From the NCBI RefSeq assembly GCF_035594765.1, contig NC_085846.1, forward strand, positions 20,323,190-20,387,189: 64,000 nucleotides of DNA, read 5' to 3'. The notes under the pieces are model-generated. The model did no database searches. It worked only from the letters and a program-made list of their open reading frames with translations, and was not told where the DNA came from. Origin of the DNA: Anolis carolinensis (Eukaryota). Of this stretch, positions 11,186 through 24,100 are shown piece after piece. A program made the translations under genes and the position numbers. The stretch's first letter is position 1; each line of letters starts with the position of its first letter.

Positions 11186-11404
11186 CTTGCCAGGAGAGCC
11201 ACTTCATAGGGGTTGCGACAAGTCGGAAATGACACGAAGGCCCTTTCTACATCGCCATATAAAATCCAGGTTATCTGCTTTGAACTGGATTATATGGCAG
11301 TGTAGACTCATTATCTAGTGCAAAGCAGATAATGTGGATTAGCTGCTTTGATAATCTGGATTATATGAGAGTGTAGAAAGGGGTTGAAGATACACAACAA
11401 GATA

Positions 11405-11732
11405 GGTAAAGGTTTTCTCCTGACATTAAGTCCTGCCATGTCTGACTCTGGGGGTTGGTGCTCATCTCCATTTCCAAGCTGAAGAGCCAGCGTTGTCCGT
11501 AGACACCTCCAAGCTCATGTGGCCGGCATGACTGCATGGAGCGCCGTTACCTTCCCGCCAGAGCGGTACCTATTGATCTACTCACATTGGCATGTTTTCA
11601 AACTGCTAGGTTGGCAGAAGCTGGAGCTAACAGCGGGCACTCACTCCGCTCCCGGGATTTGAACATGCGACCTTTCGGTCTGCAAGTTCAGCAGCTCAGT
11701 GCTTTAACACACTTCGCCGCCACCGGAGCTCC
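11405..11732 (-). mobile_element. Sauria SINE, full length
   Basis: tRNA-like head at the right end, ACCTTT-type tail at the left; flanking direct repeat ACACAACAAGATA. Confidence 0.88.
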
Positions 11733-12675
11733 ACACACAACAAGATACACAACAAAGTCCTTGCAAAAGAAGTGCCACCCTTTGGCATTCAAAAAGTAAT
11801 CCTCATTCAATTAAGTGGAACATTACTTCTAGGCAAGAGATCGTGGTGCAAAACATGGGATTGTGCTGGCACACTGATTAGGAAAGTGGTTAACCTGAAT
11901 AAACTCCAGAAGTTGTTCTGGCTGCCAGAGTTTCTTTCTGGAAGACTAGAGAAAAGAGTGCCCTTGTTCATGGGCAGAGTGCTTTTCCACACATTTTGTT
12001 GCCTCAAATGTTAGCCCTGTTCCTGGGTATATTTGACTAGCTGGTTCCAAAAATGGCATCAATTTTCTCCTATCAACTCTAGTTTTTGAGATACACAATA
12101 TATGCCTGTCAGCATCTAGTAGTTGCCACCTGCTAGCTGATGTAATCTGTCCAATGCATTTTTCTGATAGCCCCAGAAACAGGACTAAAAACCAAGACAA
12201 CAAGTTCTTTTTTGGTTGGGCTGTGTAATGTAAATCCTAGTTGTGTGATTCTACAGTACACTGCCCTCTTGGACTCATTTATTTAGGAATTAGTTCCACT
12301 GAACTCACGAGGCTTACTTTTAAGTATGCATGTGCCAAGTAGCATTGTGAGACCTTTTTTTGCACTGAAAGCCCATTGAAATCAACAGACTGTATGTCAG
12401 TTTAGCGTCACATAGAATTCTTTGGAATTGGGTCAGAAATGAGTATCATTTTTGGAATAGAAATACGATGTAGTTGATCAGATCTCAAGGTAAAAATAGT
12501 GAAGTAGGGAAATGCATGCTTGTGTCTGTCCTTCCTGAGACATGTGCTGGGTTTCTAGGGCTCCTTTCACACTGCCTCTTTATCCCGGGATCTGATCCCA
12601 GATTATTTGCTTATCCCAGATTATCTGGCAGTGGAGACTCAGCCCCTTCCACACAGCTGCATAAAATCCACATTG

Positions 12676-12727
<52 letters not shown>

Positions 12728-13276
12728 ATACTGTTGCACTTGACCTGCTAGCACCTTTAGTTGGCCACCCTAACATTGAACCCCTGGTCGCTATATCTTG
12801 GCCCACTGATGGAGCATTTTGTTATTAGTTCTTTAGTCTGTGGTTAACTGATTGATTTGTATGTTTTGTGTACTTAATGTTCACTATTGGATTATGTTTT
12901 GTTATTGTTTGGTTTTAAGATGTTGTATGGTTTCTTGCTATGTTGAAAACTGCCCTGAGTCCCTTGAGGAGATAGGGTGGTATATAAATAAAGTTTTATT
13001 ATTTATTTAATTTTATTTATTTATGTGGGTTCAGGTAACCCAGTTCAAAGCAGATATTGTGGGATTTTCTGCCTTGATATTCTGGGTTATATGGCTGTGT
13101 GAAAGGGCCCTCATATAGTCCAGTTTAAGGCAGATAAACTGGGATCAGATCCTGAGATGTAGGGCAGTGTAGAAACAGGCTAAGAAAATTCAATTGATAA
13201 ATCCCAACAAGAGTAAATGTTGCTTGATTTCAAGTAGTTTCTGATTCATGGTGACTTTATTACTGGGTTTTCTAGT

Positions 13277-13535
13277 GGAGAGCATTGTGTTAAACCCTTG
13301 CGCTGGCAGGACGGCTGACCTGAAGGTTGCCAGTTTGAATACAACCTGGGAAGAGTATGGATGAGCTCCCTCTGTCAGCTTCAGCTCCCCATGCAGGGAC
13401 ATGAGAGAAGCTTCCCACAAGGATGATAAAACATCAAACATCTGGGCTTTCCCTGGGCAGCCTTCTTGCAGATGACCAATTCTCTTTCACCAGAAGCGAC
13501 TTGGAGTTTCTCAAGTCACTCCTGGCACAGAAAAT
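13277..13535 (+). mobile_element. tRNA-derived SINE of a second family (further copies 15293-15552 and 45872-46133)
   Basis: Sauria-like head, a different body, and a ...caagtc[ag]ctcctgacac-A-rich tail shared by the three copies. Confidence 0.75.
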
Positions 13536-13563
13536 AACAAAACAAAATAAATCTGAGTTTAAT

Positions 13564-14210
13564 ATGTTGTCGAAGGCTTTCATGGCCGGGATCACAGTGT
13601 TGTTGTATGTTTTCCGGGCTGTATGGCCATGTTCCAGAAGTATTCTCTCCTGACGTTTCGCCCACATCTATGGCAGGCATCCTCAGAGTTTGTGAGGTAT
13701 TGAGAAACTAAGCAAGGAAGGTTTATATATATCTGTGGAAAGTCCAAGGTGAGAGAAGAAGTCTTGTCAGTTGGAGGCCAGTGTGAATGTTGTAGTTAAT
13801 CACCTTGATTAGCATTGAATAGCTACATCTCCTGGCTTCTTCCTACCTGGGGGCATCCTTTGTTGAGAGTCGTTAGCTGCCCCTGGTTGATTCATGTCTG
13901 GAACTCCTCTGTTTTCAGAGTGTTGCTTCCCATTTACTGTTCTGATTTTTGAGTTTTTTAATACTAGTAGCCAGATTTTGTTCGTTTTCATTGTTTCCTC
14001 CTTTCTGTTGAAGTTGTCCACATGCATGTGAATTTCAATGGCTTCTCTGTGTAGTCTGACATGATAGTTGTTGGAGTGGTCAAGCATTTCTGTCTTCTCA
14101 AATAATGTACTGTGTCCAGGTTGGTTCATCAAGTGCTCTGCTATGGCTGCTTTCTCTGGTTGAGTTAGTCTGCAGTGCCTTTCATGTTCTTTGACTCGTG
14201 TTTGGGCGCT
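13564..14210 (-). mobile_element. Penelope-like element, 5'-truncated, with GIY-YIG endonuclease C-terminus and an intact hammerhead core (~13649-13688)
   Basis: RVKEHERHCR...AIAEHLMNQPGH...RLHREAIEI...NFNRKEE, then the pLTR. Confidence 0.88.
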
Positions 14211-14310
14211 GAGTTTTTTGAGACTGAAAGAGTATCATTTGCCTAATGCCACACAGTGGGTTTTCATGTCCAAAACGGGATTTTAACCTCACTCTCCAGA
14301 GAGACAAGCT

Positions 14311-14524
14311 GCATCTGCAGTGCAGGATTAATGCAATTTGACACCACTTTGATCACCAAGGCTCCATGCTGTGGAATCCTGGGAGTTTTTAGTTTAGTGA
14401 GATACCAGCACTCTTTGGAAGAGAAGGCTAAAGACATTGCAAAAACTGCAACTCCTATAATTCCATAATGCCAAGCCATGCCAGTTAAAGTGGTGTGAAA
14501 CTGCATTAATCCTGATGTGTAGAT
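14311..14524. mobile_element. Palindromic ~210-bp MITE (other copies ~15731-15945, ~45277-45466, ~63693-63860)
   Basis: Long inverted arms catctacac...attaatgcagtttgacaccacttt / aaagtggtgtcaaactgcattaat...gtgtagat. Confidence 0.8.
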
Positions 14525-14822
14525 TTACCCATGGACTCCCAACCAGGAGAGTTCAGAGTAAGTAGCAACAAGATGATGAAACACCCACTGAATATATAAA
14601 ATGCTAAATCAAAGGGTATCCTGCTCTCTGTGAGCATCAAAAGTCTGAAGGCAGGCGCAGGCTCTTAGCTCTCCAAGTACTACTTGTGTTCCTTTATGGT
14701 GAACTTATTTATCCCGAACCCTCAAAGATAGGGCATGTGAAGCAACATGAGGCAGAATAAGCATCTTCTAGTCACTCTGCCTGCACATATGGTCTTGATA
14801 TATTCATCTTGTTTCAGGGCTG

Positions 14823-15168
14823 ATGGCCTTGGAAGAAGGAGATGCCGATACCTTAAAACGCCGTGTAGTGGAACTACTGCTTCAGAACCCCCAAGGCATC
14901 AGGTTTGAGAATTTTTCTGGGGCCTTCCATCAGCTGCATGGTTACTACCCTCGTATTGCTCTTCAGGGATATCATAAGCTCAAGGAATTATTGGCTGATA
15001 TGAAGAATGCTGTGGTTGTGGAAAGGCGTTCACGGCAACAAGTTATGAAGATTGCAGAGGGCTTCTGCCTTGACCTTTCGTTGGAAGGAGAAAAAGGGAA
15101 TGGATTGGAAACATCCGAAAGAGAAGTGGAGAACCTGCGAGATGAAGACCAAGTTGGAGGAAAAACAA
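14823..15168 (+). CDS. LOTUS gene coding exon 1, LOTUS-like domain 1
   Basis: DTLKRRVVELLLQNPQGIRFENFSGAFHQLHGYYPRIALQGYHKLKELLADMKNAVVV; donor ACAA|GTAAAT, phase 1. Confidence 0.8.
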
Positions 15169-18100
15169 GTAAATGCAGCCAAATTTGGATCCTGGCAGCC
15201 CAATTTAGTTGGAATGATATTGTATGTGATTTTCAGATGGCGCATCTACAGCATAGAACTAGTACAGTTTGACACCTCTTTAATTGCCATGACTGGCCGC
15301 AGTGGTGCAGTGGGTTAAACTCTTGTGCCAGTTTGACGGCTGACCTGAAGGTTGGGTTGCTCACCTGAAGGTTGTTGATTCAAATCTGCAAGACGGAGTG
15401 AGCTCCCGTCTGGCAGCTCTAGCTTGTGAGAACATGAGAGAGACCTCCCAGCCAGGGCATCCCTTGGGCAGTGTCTCTGTAGATGGCCAATTCTCTCACA
15501 CCAGTAGCGACTTACAGTATGTTCTCAAGTCACTTCTGACACGATTTAAAAAAATGTGTATGCATAAGGTTTTGGCATGGTATAATTCATAATTGTATGC
15601 AGATGGTTATCTTTGTTTTCAGAATAGGTGTCCTGATTGCCTAAATTACTGTCATCATAGTGTCTCTGGCCTGACAGAAGAAAGGAGAGGGCATGCGCCA
15701 GCATGGTAGTATAAGCAGCCACCATCTGGGTACATCTACACTGTAGAATTAATGCAGTGTAATACCACTTTAATTATTATGGCCCAATGCTATGCCTTCC
15801 TGGTATTTGTAACTTGCTGAGGAACTAGACTTTTTGTCAGCCAATGCTAAACACCTTATAAAACTGAAACTCACAGGATTCCATAACAAAGAGTTGTGAC
15901 AGTTAAAATGGTGTCAAACTGCATTGATTTGAGAGTAAAAATGCATCCCAAAAAGGAACTTTTGGATATTGTGTGTGGATTAATTGATGAGAGAGAGATA
16001 TCAGCAAGGGCTCCAGCAAGGATCCACTACTGTGCCACTCTGCACTTTAATTTGTTACTTCAGATAGGAAGTTTTATCCGCAGGTTCTACTGCATTTTAG
16101 GAAATATTATAATTTTATAATTCTTACAATGTTATGTGCCTTGTTATTTTTATATTGATGTCACTGTGTATATACTTATGTATTGTTGTTTATATGTGGC
16201 ACTTGGAGAACTTCTGTGAGTCACCCCCAGTCCCTTCAGGGAAATGGAGGCGGGCTATAAATAAAAATATATTGATTGTTATTACTATATAGAATGTCTG
16301 CAGACACTCCAGTTGGGATCTAAGTTAGGGAAGAATTCATTCATTATTGGCTAAGCTCCTGGGGGTGCCCATGTCCATATGACAAACAATAATAACAAGT
16401 GGAATATTGAGTTGAGATCCACGTTTGTAGGCATTTTGATTTATGACTTGTTCTTTTTGTAGCTCTTGCAGACATCTTGGATTGGCTCATCAGCCTCCTA
16501 ATGGAGTACAAATCGGGACTGAGAATTAGCTACATCAAGAAATTCATGCTATCCAAGCATGCAGTGAACATGGAAAAGTTCAGCATTGCCCAAGGCTACA
16601 AGAACATCATGGAATTCTTGGAACATGAACTGCCAAAGCTAATAGTCAGATATCGAGAGAAACCCCGTGAATATGTTGTACAGATTCCTGAAGGTACAAA
16701 TAATACTGGATTATGTGGAGGGGAGGAATTAGTGCAGTGTCGCGATTAGAGTTTTGGACGAGGACTCCAGGAGTTCAGGGTTTGAATCCCCATTCAGCCA
16801 TAGAAAAGTCTAGGTCAGTGGTTCTCAACCTGTGGGTCCCCAGTTGTTTTGGCCTTCAGCTCCCAAAAATCCTAACAGCAGGTAAACTGGCTGGGATTTC
16901 TGGGAGTTGTAGGCCAAAACACCTGGGGACCCACCGGTTGAGATCCACTGATCTAGCTGATCTCCCTCTGAGGTTCCAAGGAAGAGAATGGCAGACTTCT
17001 GGATAAGTCTTGCCAAGAAACCCTATGATAGGTTCACCACAATTCAGAATCAACCTGAACGACAACATTTGTGGAGGGGAGGGGTTGGTTACAGTTTTCA
17101 AAGAGCATTTAGATTATAAATTTAAAAAGTTGTTAATAAACAATGCCATATGGATAGTTTCAACTCAGGGATGCTATGAAAACTGGATCATCTTTGTAAT
17201 CTAAGCCTACCAAGCCTTGCCAAAAGTTTTATTGTTGACACACCTTGAGAAAATGGTTTGTTCCTTATGACCAGGACACAAAGTGTTGTTGCAAATCTCC
17301 ACTAAATCGCAGAGAGCTTGAGTCAACATTTTATCAATTGCTACAGAATCAGTCAAATTCATGGATTGGCCACTTTAATATTTCTGTTAACTATCTTCAT
17401 AATGTTTATGAAGAGTGAAAATATTTTATTAAGGAGTCAACAGATACTATGAATCAAATAAGGTTTCATTGTGTTCTGTGGAAGCAGGCAGGTCTGTTTC
17501 ACATTATGTAACTGTTTGTAATTTTTGTCAGATCTCCTTGACTCAGATCTGTCTCTGGACTCAGATTTCTCTACATCGAGCTCACAATCTTCAACCCAGG
17601 ATCTAACAAGAACAAACTCTGGTAAGATTGTCTTGGATTCTGGGTCACATAGTAACTACCATATGTCCTGCAGTTGACCCATTCAGGACATGATATTTCT
17701 GGGAGGGCTTGAGGTTTTAAATCTCACAGTGAGGTCAGAGTTACATTGGATATCTCTTTTGACGTAAGGCATTAGAAGTAAGCAGTTTTAGAACTGATCA
17801 TCAGTGTCCAAACTGAATCAGAACTAAACTTCCAGAATGCCCTGGCTGGGACTGCCACTGATCGTGCTGGCAGAAGGTTCTGGGAATGGTAGTCCAAACA
17901 CTAATCATAAGTGTTTTTCAAGGCTTTTATGGCCGGAATCACTGGGTTGCTGTGAGTTTTTCGGGCTGACAGGCATCCTCGGAGATGTGAGGTCTGTTGG
18001 AAACTAGGAAAATGGGATTTATGTATCTGTAAAGAGCCCAGGTTGAAAGAAAGAACTCTTGTCTGTTTGAGGCATGTGAAAATGTTGCAGTTGATCACCT

Positions 18101-21100
18101 TGATTAGCATTTAATGGCCTTGAAGCTTCAAAGCCTGGCTGTGTCTTGCCTGAGGTAATACTTTGTTGGGAGGTGTTAGTTGGCCCTGATCATTTCATGT
18201 TGGGAATTCTCCTGGAGTGTCCGGAGTTCCCCTGTTTTCAGAATAATTTGAACACAGCATATTATTAGAGAACACAGAATTGCTGGACCACTCTTAACAA
18301 CCATCATGTCAGACTACACAGAGAAACCACTGAAATCCACAAGCATTTAGTCAATTTCAACAGAAAGGAGGAAACCATGAAAATGAACAAAATCTGGCTA
18401 CCAGTATGTTTTAAAAACCTCTAAAATCAGAACAGTAAATAAAGAACAACACTCTGAAAACTGGAATTCCAGACATGAAACAATCAGGGCCAGCTAACAC
18501 CTCCCAACAAAGGATTCCCTCAGGCAAGAAGTAGCCAGGCTTTGAATCTACAAGGCCATTAAATGCTAATCAGGGTGTTTAATTGCAACATTCACACTTG
18601 CCTCAAACAGAGAAGAGTTCTTTCTCCCAACTTGGACTTCCCACAGATATATTAACCCCACTTGCCTAGTTTCCAACAGACTTATACACCTCTGAGGATG
18701 CCTGCCATAGATGTGGGTGAAATGTAAGGAGAGAATGCTTCTGAACATGGCCATACAGTCCAGAAAACTCACAGCAACCCACTAATCATAAGCCTCACTT
18801 CTTGTGCATTCTATGTACCTCTGTGACTGCTTCCCCATTTCCAGTTACGTTCAAATACAACTTGTTCAGTCTGAGTTCTAAAAATAAGGTTAGTTACAAC
18901 TTATATAGGATTCTTTTTTCTTTCTTTCTTACAGCTAGCTCTTTGTATTGCACCTGCAAAATTGACCCAAACCATGTGAAGCAACCTACAAAATATGTCC
19001 CAGGTGAAACTGTGTGATGCTCTGAGTTGTGCTGTTGTGGTTTGTGTATGTGATGGAGCAGGAGTTATTAGTGTTTTTTTTTTCAGATAAAACTTTAACA
19101 TGAGACTATAAGCATGTTTTGAATTTTGCATTATTATTGAAGGTGTATCCATCATTGGTTTCATTATATATAGCCAAGCTTTTTTACCCACCCACTTCCC
19201 TCATAATTTTGAGTGTACTTTTTTCTTGATGGATACTATAGATGTGAGTCTTGAAGTTCAGTGCTTTTTCTTACAGATCTGCCGGCTGCTTCAAAGCTAA
19301 TTCGGGATGTGCTCAAGAGATTCCCTCGTGGTATGAAAGTACGTTTGCTAAAAAGAGTCCTCAGAAAGAGACGCAGATTTCACTTGGAGGCATTCTGCAC
19401 ACAGCACGGATACCAAGATGTGTTGTCCTGCTTGAAGGATATCCCTGAGCTGCTTCTCCTAAATACAAATAGGCCTCAGAATTGTGTCGTCCGCCTTCAG
19501 CCATGTAGGGCAAATACTGTCATATTGTTACTGTGTCCCCCATTCCCTTTCCCAAGCTTTGTTGTGACCATGGTCAAGGCTGTATAGACTTTATCTTCCT
19601 GGTTAGCAGAGAAGCACGAATAACTTCAGTGATATTTTGCCATCAGTAGGTGGGATTTTGGCACTTGATGTGGTAATCCACAATCCCATATGGGTGGTTT
19701 TTCTTACAGTATTTCCTTTCTTTACCCTTAACTCAGAGGTAGCATGCAAACTGTATATACTTATAATCTGTCTACCAAAACTTGTCAGAGGTGTTGTTAT
19801 TGAAATAATTTGTTTCTTATGATTAGGATACATAGTGTTGCTCTGCAAATATCAAGTAGTTTCCTGAGATTGTGAGTGACCATCTTATTGATTGCTACGC
19901 AGCAAATGGAAAGCCACAGTATTATTTTGCGAGGATTGGCCACCTTAATATTGGCACTCCCCCTCTATAGCACTCTCTCTTAAGTACTCTATTGAATATA
20001 TATGTTATGCAGACATTTTCCAGCTTCTAGCTTTTATGTTTTCTGTGTTGTTTTGAAATACATCTTTTTTTCATTGTTTCAGCTGTTTCATAATGTATTG
20101 TCGAAAGCTTTCATAGCTGGAATCATTGTGTTACTGTTCGTTTTTCAGGCTGTATGGCCATGTTCGAGCATCATTCTCTCCTAATGTTTTGCCTGCATCT
20201 GTGGCTGGCATCTTCAGAAGTCTGTTGGAAGTGAGGCAAGTGGAGTGTATATATCTCTATGGAATGTCCAGGGTGCGAGAAATAACCTTTGTCTGTTTAA
20301 AGCAAGTGTGAATGTTGCAGTTAGCAAGCATGATTAGCATTGAGTAGCTGTGAACGTCCAAGTCAGTAAAAGAGGGTATCTGCATAGCGCTAGTCTGAAC
20401 TTTGTTGTCTGAAGGCATCCTCTGCTTGGAAGGTGTTAACTGACACTTGATTGTTTGCTGTCTGGAGTTCCCCTGTTTTAGAGTGGTGTTCTTTATTTAC
20501 TGTCTTGATTCTGATGTTTTTTTTAAAAAATACTTGTAACTATGAAAACGAACAAAATCTGGTTACCAGAATTAAAAATACCAGAATCAAGACAGTAAAT
20601 AAAGAACATCGCTCAGAAACAAAGGAACTCCAGACAGCAAACAATCAAGTGCTAGTTAGCATCTCCTAAACAAAGGATGCCTCCAGGCAGCAACAGTCAG
20701 GCTAGCTCCATGCAAATACCCTCAGTCATTGACTTTGCAGCTGCAAGACTACTCAGTGCTAATCAAGCTTGCTAATTGCGACATTCACACTTTCTTCAAA
20801 CAGACAAGGGTTCTTCCTTCCACCCTGGATATTCCACAGATATATATAAACTCTATTTTTCTCACTTCCAACAGACTTCTGAAGATGCTGGCCACAGATG
20901 CAGGTGACTATAGAGCCCGAAAAACTCACAGCAACCCACTGTTTCATAATGATTATGATGTAAGCCACTGAAGAGATTTCATTAAGGAGTCAATGAAATC
21001 TATGATTCTATGATTCAACAGATTATATAAAGCCAGTTATAAGGCCTCCTGAAAAACATTTCAGTGTGCCCTGTGTAAGCAGTAAGTTGTGTTTCATACA

Positions 21101-24100
21101 AAGTAATTTCATATTTTTATTAGGTCACTTTGGCTCTGATCTGTCTTTGGACTCGGATTTCTCTGGATGCAGCTCTCATTCTGAACCCCATGGTCTAACA
21201 AGAATGAATTCTGGTAAGATTGCCTTTGATGTTCTGAGTCACATAGTAACTATGTCCTTCAGTTGACCCATTCAGTGCATGCTACATCTCGGAGGTTTTG
21301 AGGTATTACATCACATGATGCATGCAAAGTTACACTGGGTTGCTTTTCCCAAGTAGTCAATGAGAATTGTGATTGAACTTTTGAGAGAATATTGGCTCCA
21401 ATCTGCCTTTCTTCTCCTCCTACAAAGTTTCTACCAGAAGACGTATCAAGAGAAGGGTACCAGATGAAGTTTCTGCCAGTGGTTTGCTTTAAACCAGTGG
21501 TTCCCAACCTCTGGGCCTCTAGGTGTTTTGGACCTCAACTCCCAAGAAATCCCAGCCAGTTTACCAGCTGTTAAGAACTGTAGGAGCTGAAGTCCAAAAT
21601 ACCAAAGGTTAGCTACTACTGCTTTAGACTGTGCAAGCTTCAGTAGAATAAATAAAGGCCACTTCATTATCTGTCAAATAACACCGATTACTCTTAAATG
21701 CTATTAGAGGAAATAATGCAGAAAGGCACAATGCACTAGCCCATAATTTGTTGTGTATGTGATGAGAACTACCAGCTCCTATGGTCAAGGCTTTTTCTGC
21801 CACATATGGAGCAGGAGGCTCAAATCAAGATAGGTGACATGGATGCAAATAGATTCCTCTGGTATCGATGGGGTTCTTGTTCAGTGGAGAATGAGCTATC
21901 TCTTTCAGTGGGGTCTAACAATAAAGAAGAATGATGACATGTCCTGCAGTTACAATGGGAGATGAACTATGGCTGATATTTTCTGAGAACTAATATCTTG
22001 TTTGCTACAACATAAAATCTCTCCACTGATGGAGAGTGAACATACCTATCATAGCTTTGGGGATGCCAAGCCACTTTCCTCTATAAGTACATCTTCCAAG
22101 ACTCACCACAGCAATGGTCAGAAGAGCATCAAAATTTTTTATGACTTGCCACCTTTCTTCAGAAGGAAGAAAGAGCTTTGATGGAAAAGGGGAATTTGAG
22201 TTCCCCCTTATGTTTTGGGCTTCTGGAAGAGATTGTCCAAAAGAGTAATCTAATCATAAGCCACATGTCCTATGTAGCTCTGAATAAGAGTGTACATTTC
22301 ACTCATTATGTTCAGATCCTTTCATTCTCCACTAGAAAATTCTCGCTAATTCTCACACATTTATGTCTGCTTCTCCATTTCTAGTTAGATTCAAGTGTAA
22401 TTGAATTATTTTGAAAATAAGACTGGTGGCTGGTTTTTGCAGGAATCCTCTTTTATTTCTTACAGCTGTCTCTCTACCTTCTACCAGTGTGAGTGTGCTG
22501 AACCATGTGAAGGAACCTACAAACCAGGCCCTAGGTATAGCAGTGTGATGTTCTCATTTATGCTGTTACGGTTTGTGAACTGGATGGGAATTGTTAGTTG
22601 TGTTTAATATTTGTTTTAGAAAACTCCCAGTATGAGACTATAGCCATGCTTCAAATTTTGCAGTATTTTTGTCAAACCTGTATTGCCTGAAGTGCATCTA
22701 TCAAATAAGAATCTAAATGTATTGATACATTGTGTCTGTACTCTGATAGTCATTCGACAATAAGTCTTGCGTTCATCTATTTACATAGATGCTTACATCT
22801 CATCCAAACGTACCCTCTTGGGTATTTACAAATATTTAATTGTAGTTTATATTATCATTGATTTTAAGTATTAATTTCAAAAATATAATGTATTTATATT
22901 TAATTATATATATTATAACGGTGTTCCATGCAGTCATGCCGGCCACATAACCTTGGAGGTGTCTACAAACAACCTCTAAACTCTTTGGCTTAGAAATGGA
23001 AATGAGCACCAACCTCTAGAGTTGGACACAACTAGACTTAATGTCAGGGGAAAACCTTTACTTTAACCTAATTATATATTTATAGTATAATTTTATAATT
23101 CAATGCATCCCTTGTGTATTGCAACAGATGTACTACCAGTAAATGTGTCTGTCTGGCAGACGATCTTAACTGGGGCTCATTTTGGGCATAGGGCTTATTT
23201 TTGGGGAAATTGCATCAAATACCAGCTGCCCAAAACTCAATGGTAAATTGCCTCATTTAGCCACTCAGCCAAATGTCATACAAACTCCCAACATTTTAAC
23301 CTCACGTTCCTTGTCCAACAGACCACTTATTGTATAGTCTACTATACATTCCTAAACCTTTAATTGGAGTTATGGAACCTAACATTTTTTTAAATTTTAT
23401 GTAACCTCATAATATACTATAAGCATTTAAATCATTGCAATTACACAATGTTTTTAAAAATGAAATTGCATGAAGTGGTATCTATCATATTAAAGATTTT
23501 AAAATATGAGGTTCTTCACTTTTGTTACCTATGAACTGAACTATTGTGGCCATATCTGGGTTGGTTTGGTGCACAGGATTATCTTTGATTGCGTTTCTGA
23601 AATTTACATCTATGTGTTTTCTCCCCCGCTCTGGTAGCATTACCAGAAGTTTTGTCTTTAGTCAATAACCTGCTCACCAAGTACAAAGACGGTCTGAGAA
23701 TTAAGAAAATTCAAGATTTCCTGATGGCTACAAACAGCATTGACCTTGAGAAATTCAGTATCATGCAAGGCTACAAAGGCTCAGTGGAATTTTTGCAGCG
23801 TCAAATGCCTTATTTATCCTACAAGAAACGAAACCAAGGACTCCACAGTATTGTTAAACTGGGTAATGTTCAGATTGTCAACTGCTGGGTTCAGTTGTGT
23901 TGATAGACAGGCTATAAAAGAGAATGAATTTCAGTTTAGATTTTAAATGTCTACCAGAGATAAAACCAATCAAGACACATCAGCCAGTGTCTTCCAGCTT
24001 TTTTCTTGCTAGAACTGAAGGTGTCATTATAACCTGCTCTGGGTCCCCCTGGGGGAGAAGAGTGGTATATAAATAAAATAAACTAAATAAATAAACAAAC

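Noticed and set aside
11640-11732. tRNA gene
   Set aside because: The A/B boxes belong to the SINE head; no cloverleaf is evident.
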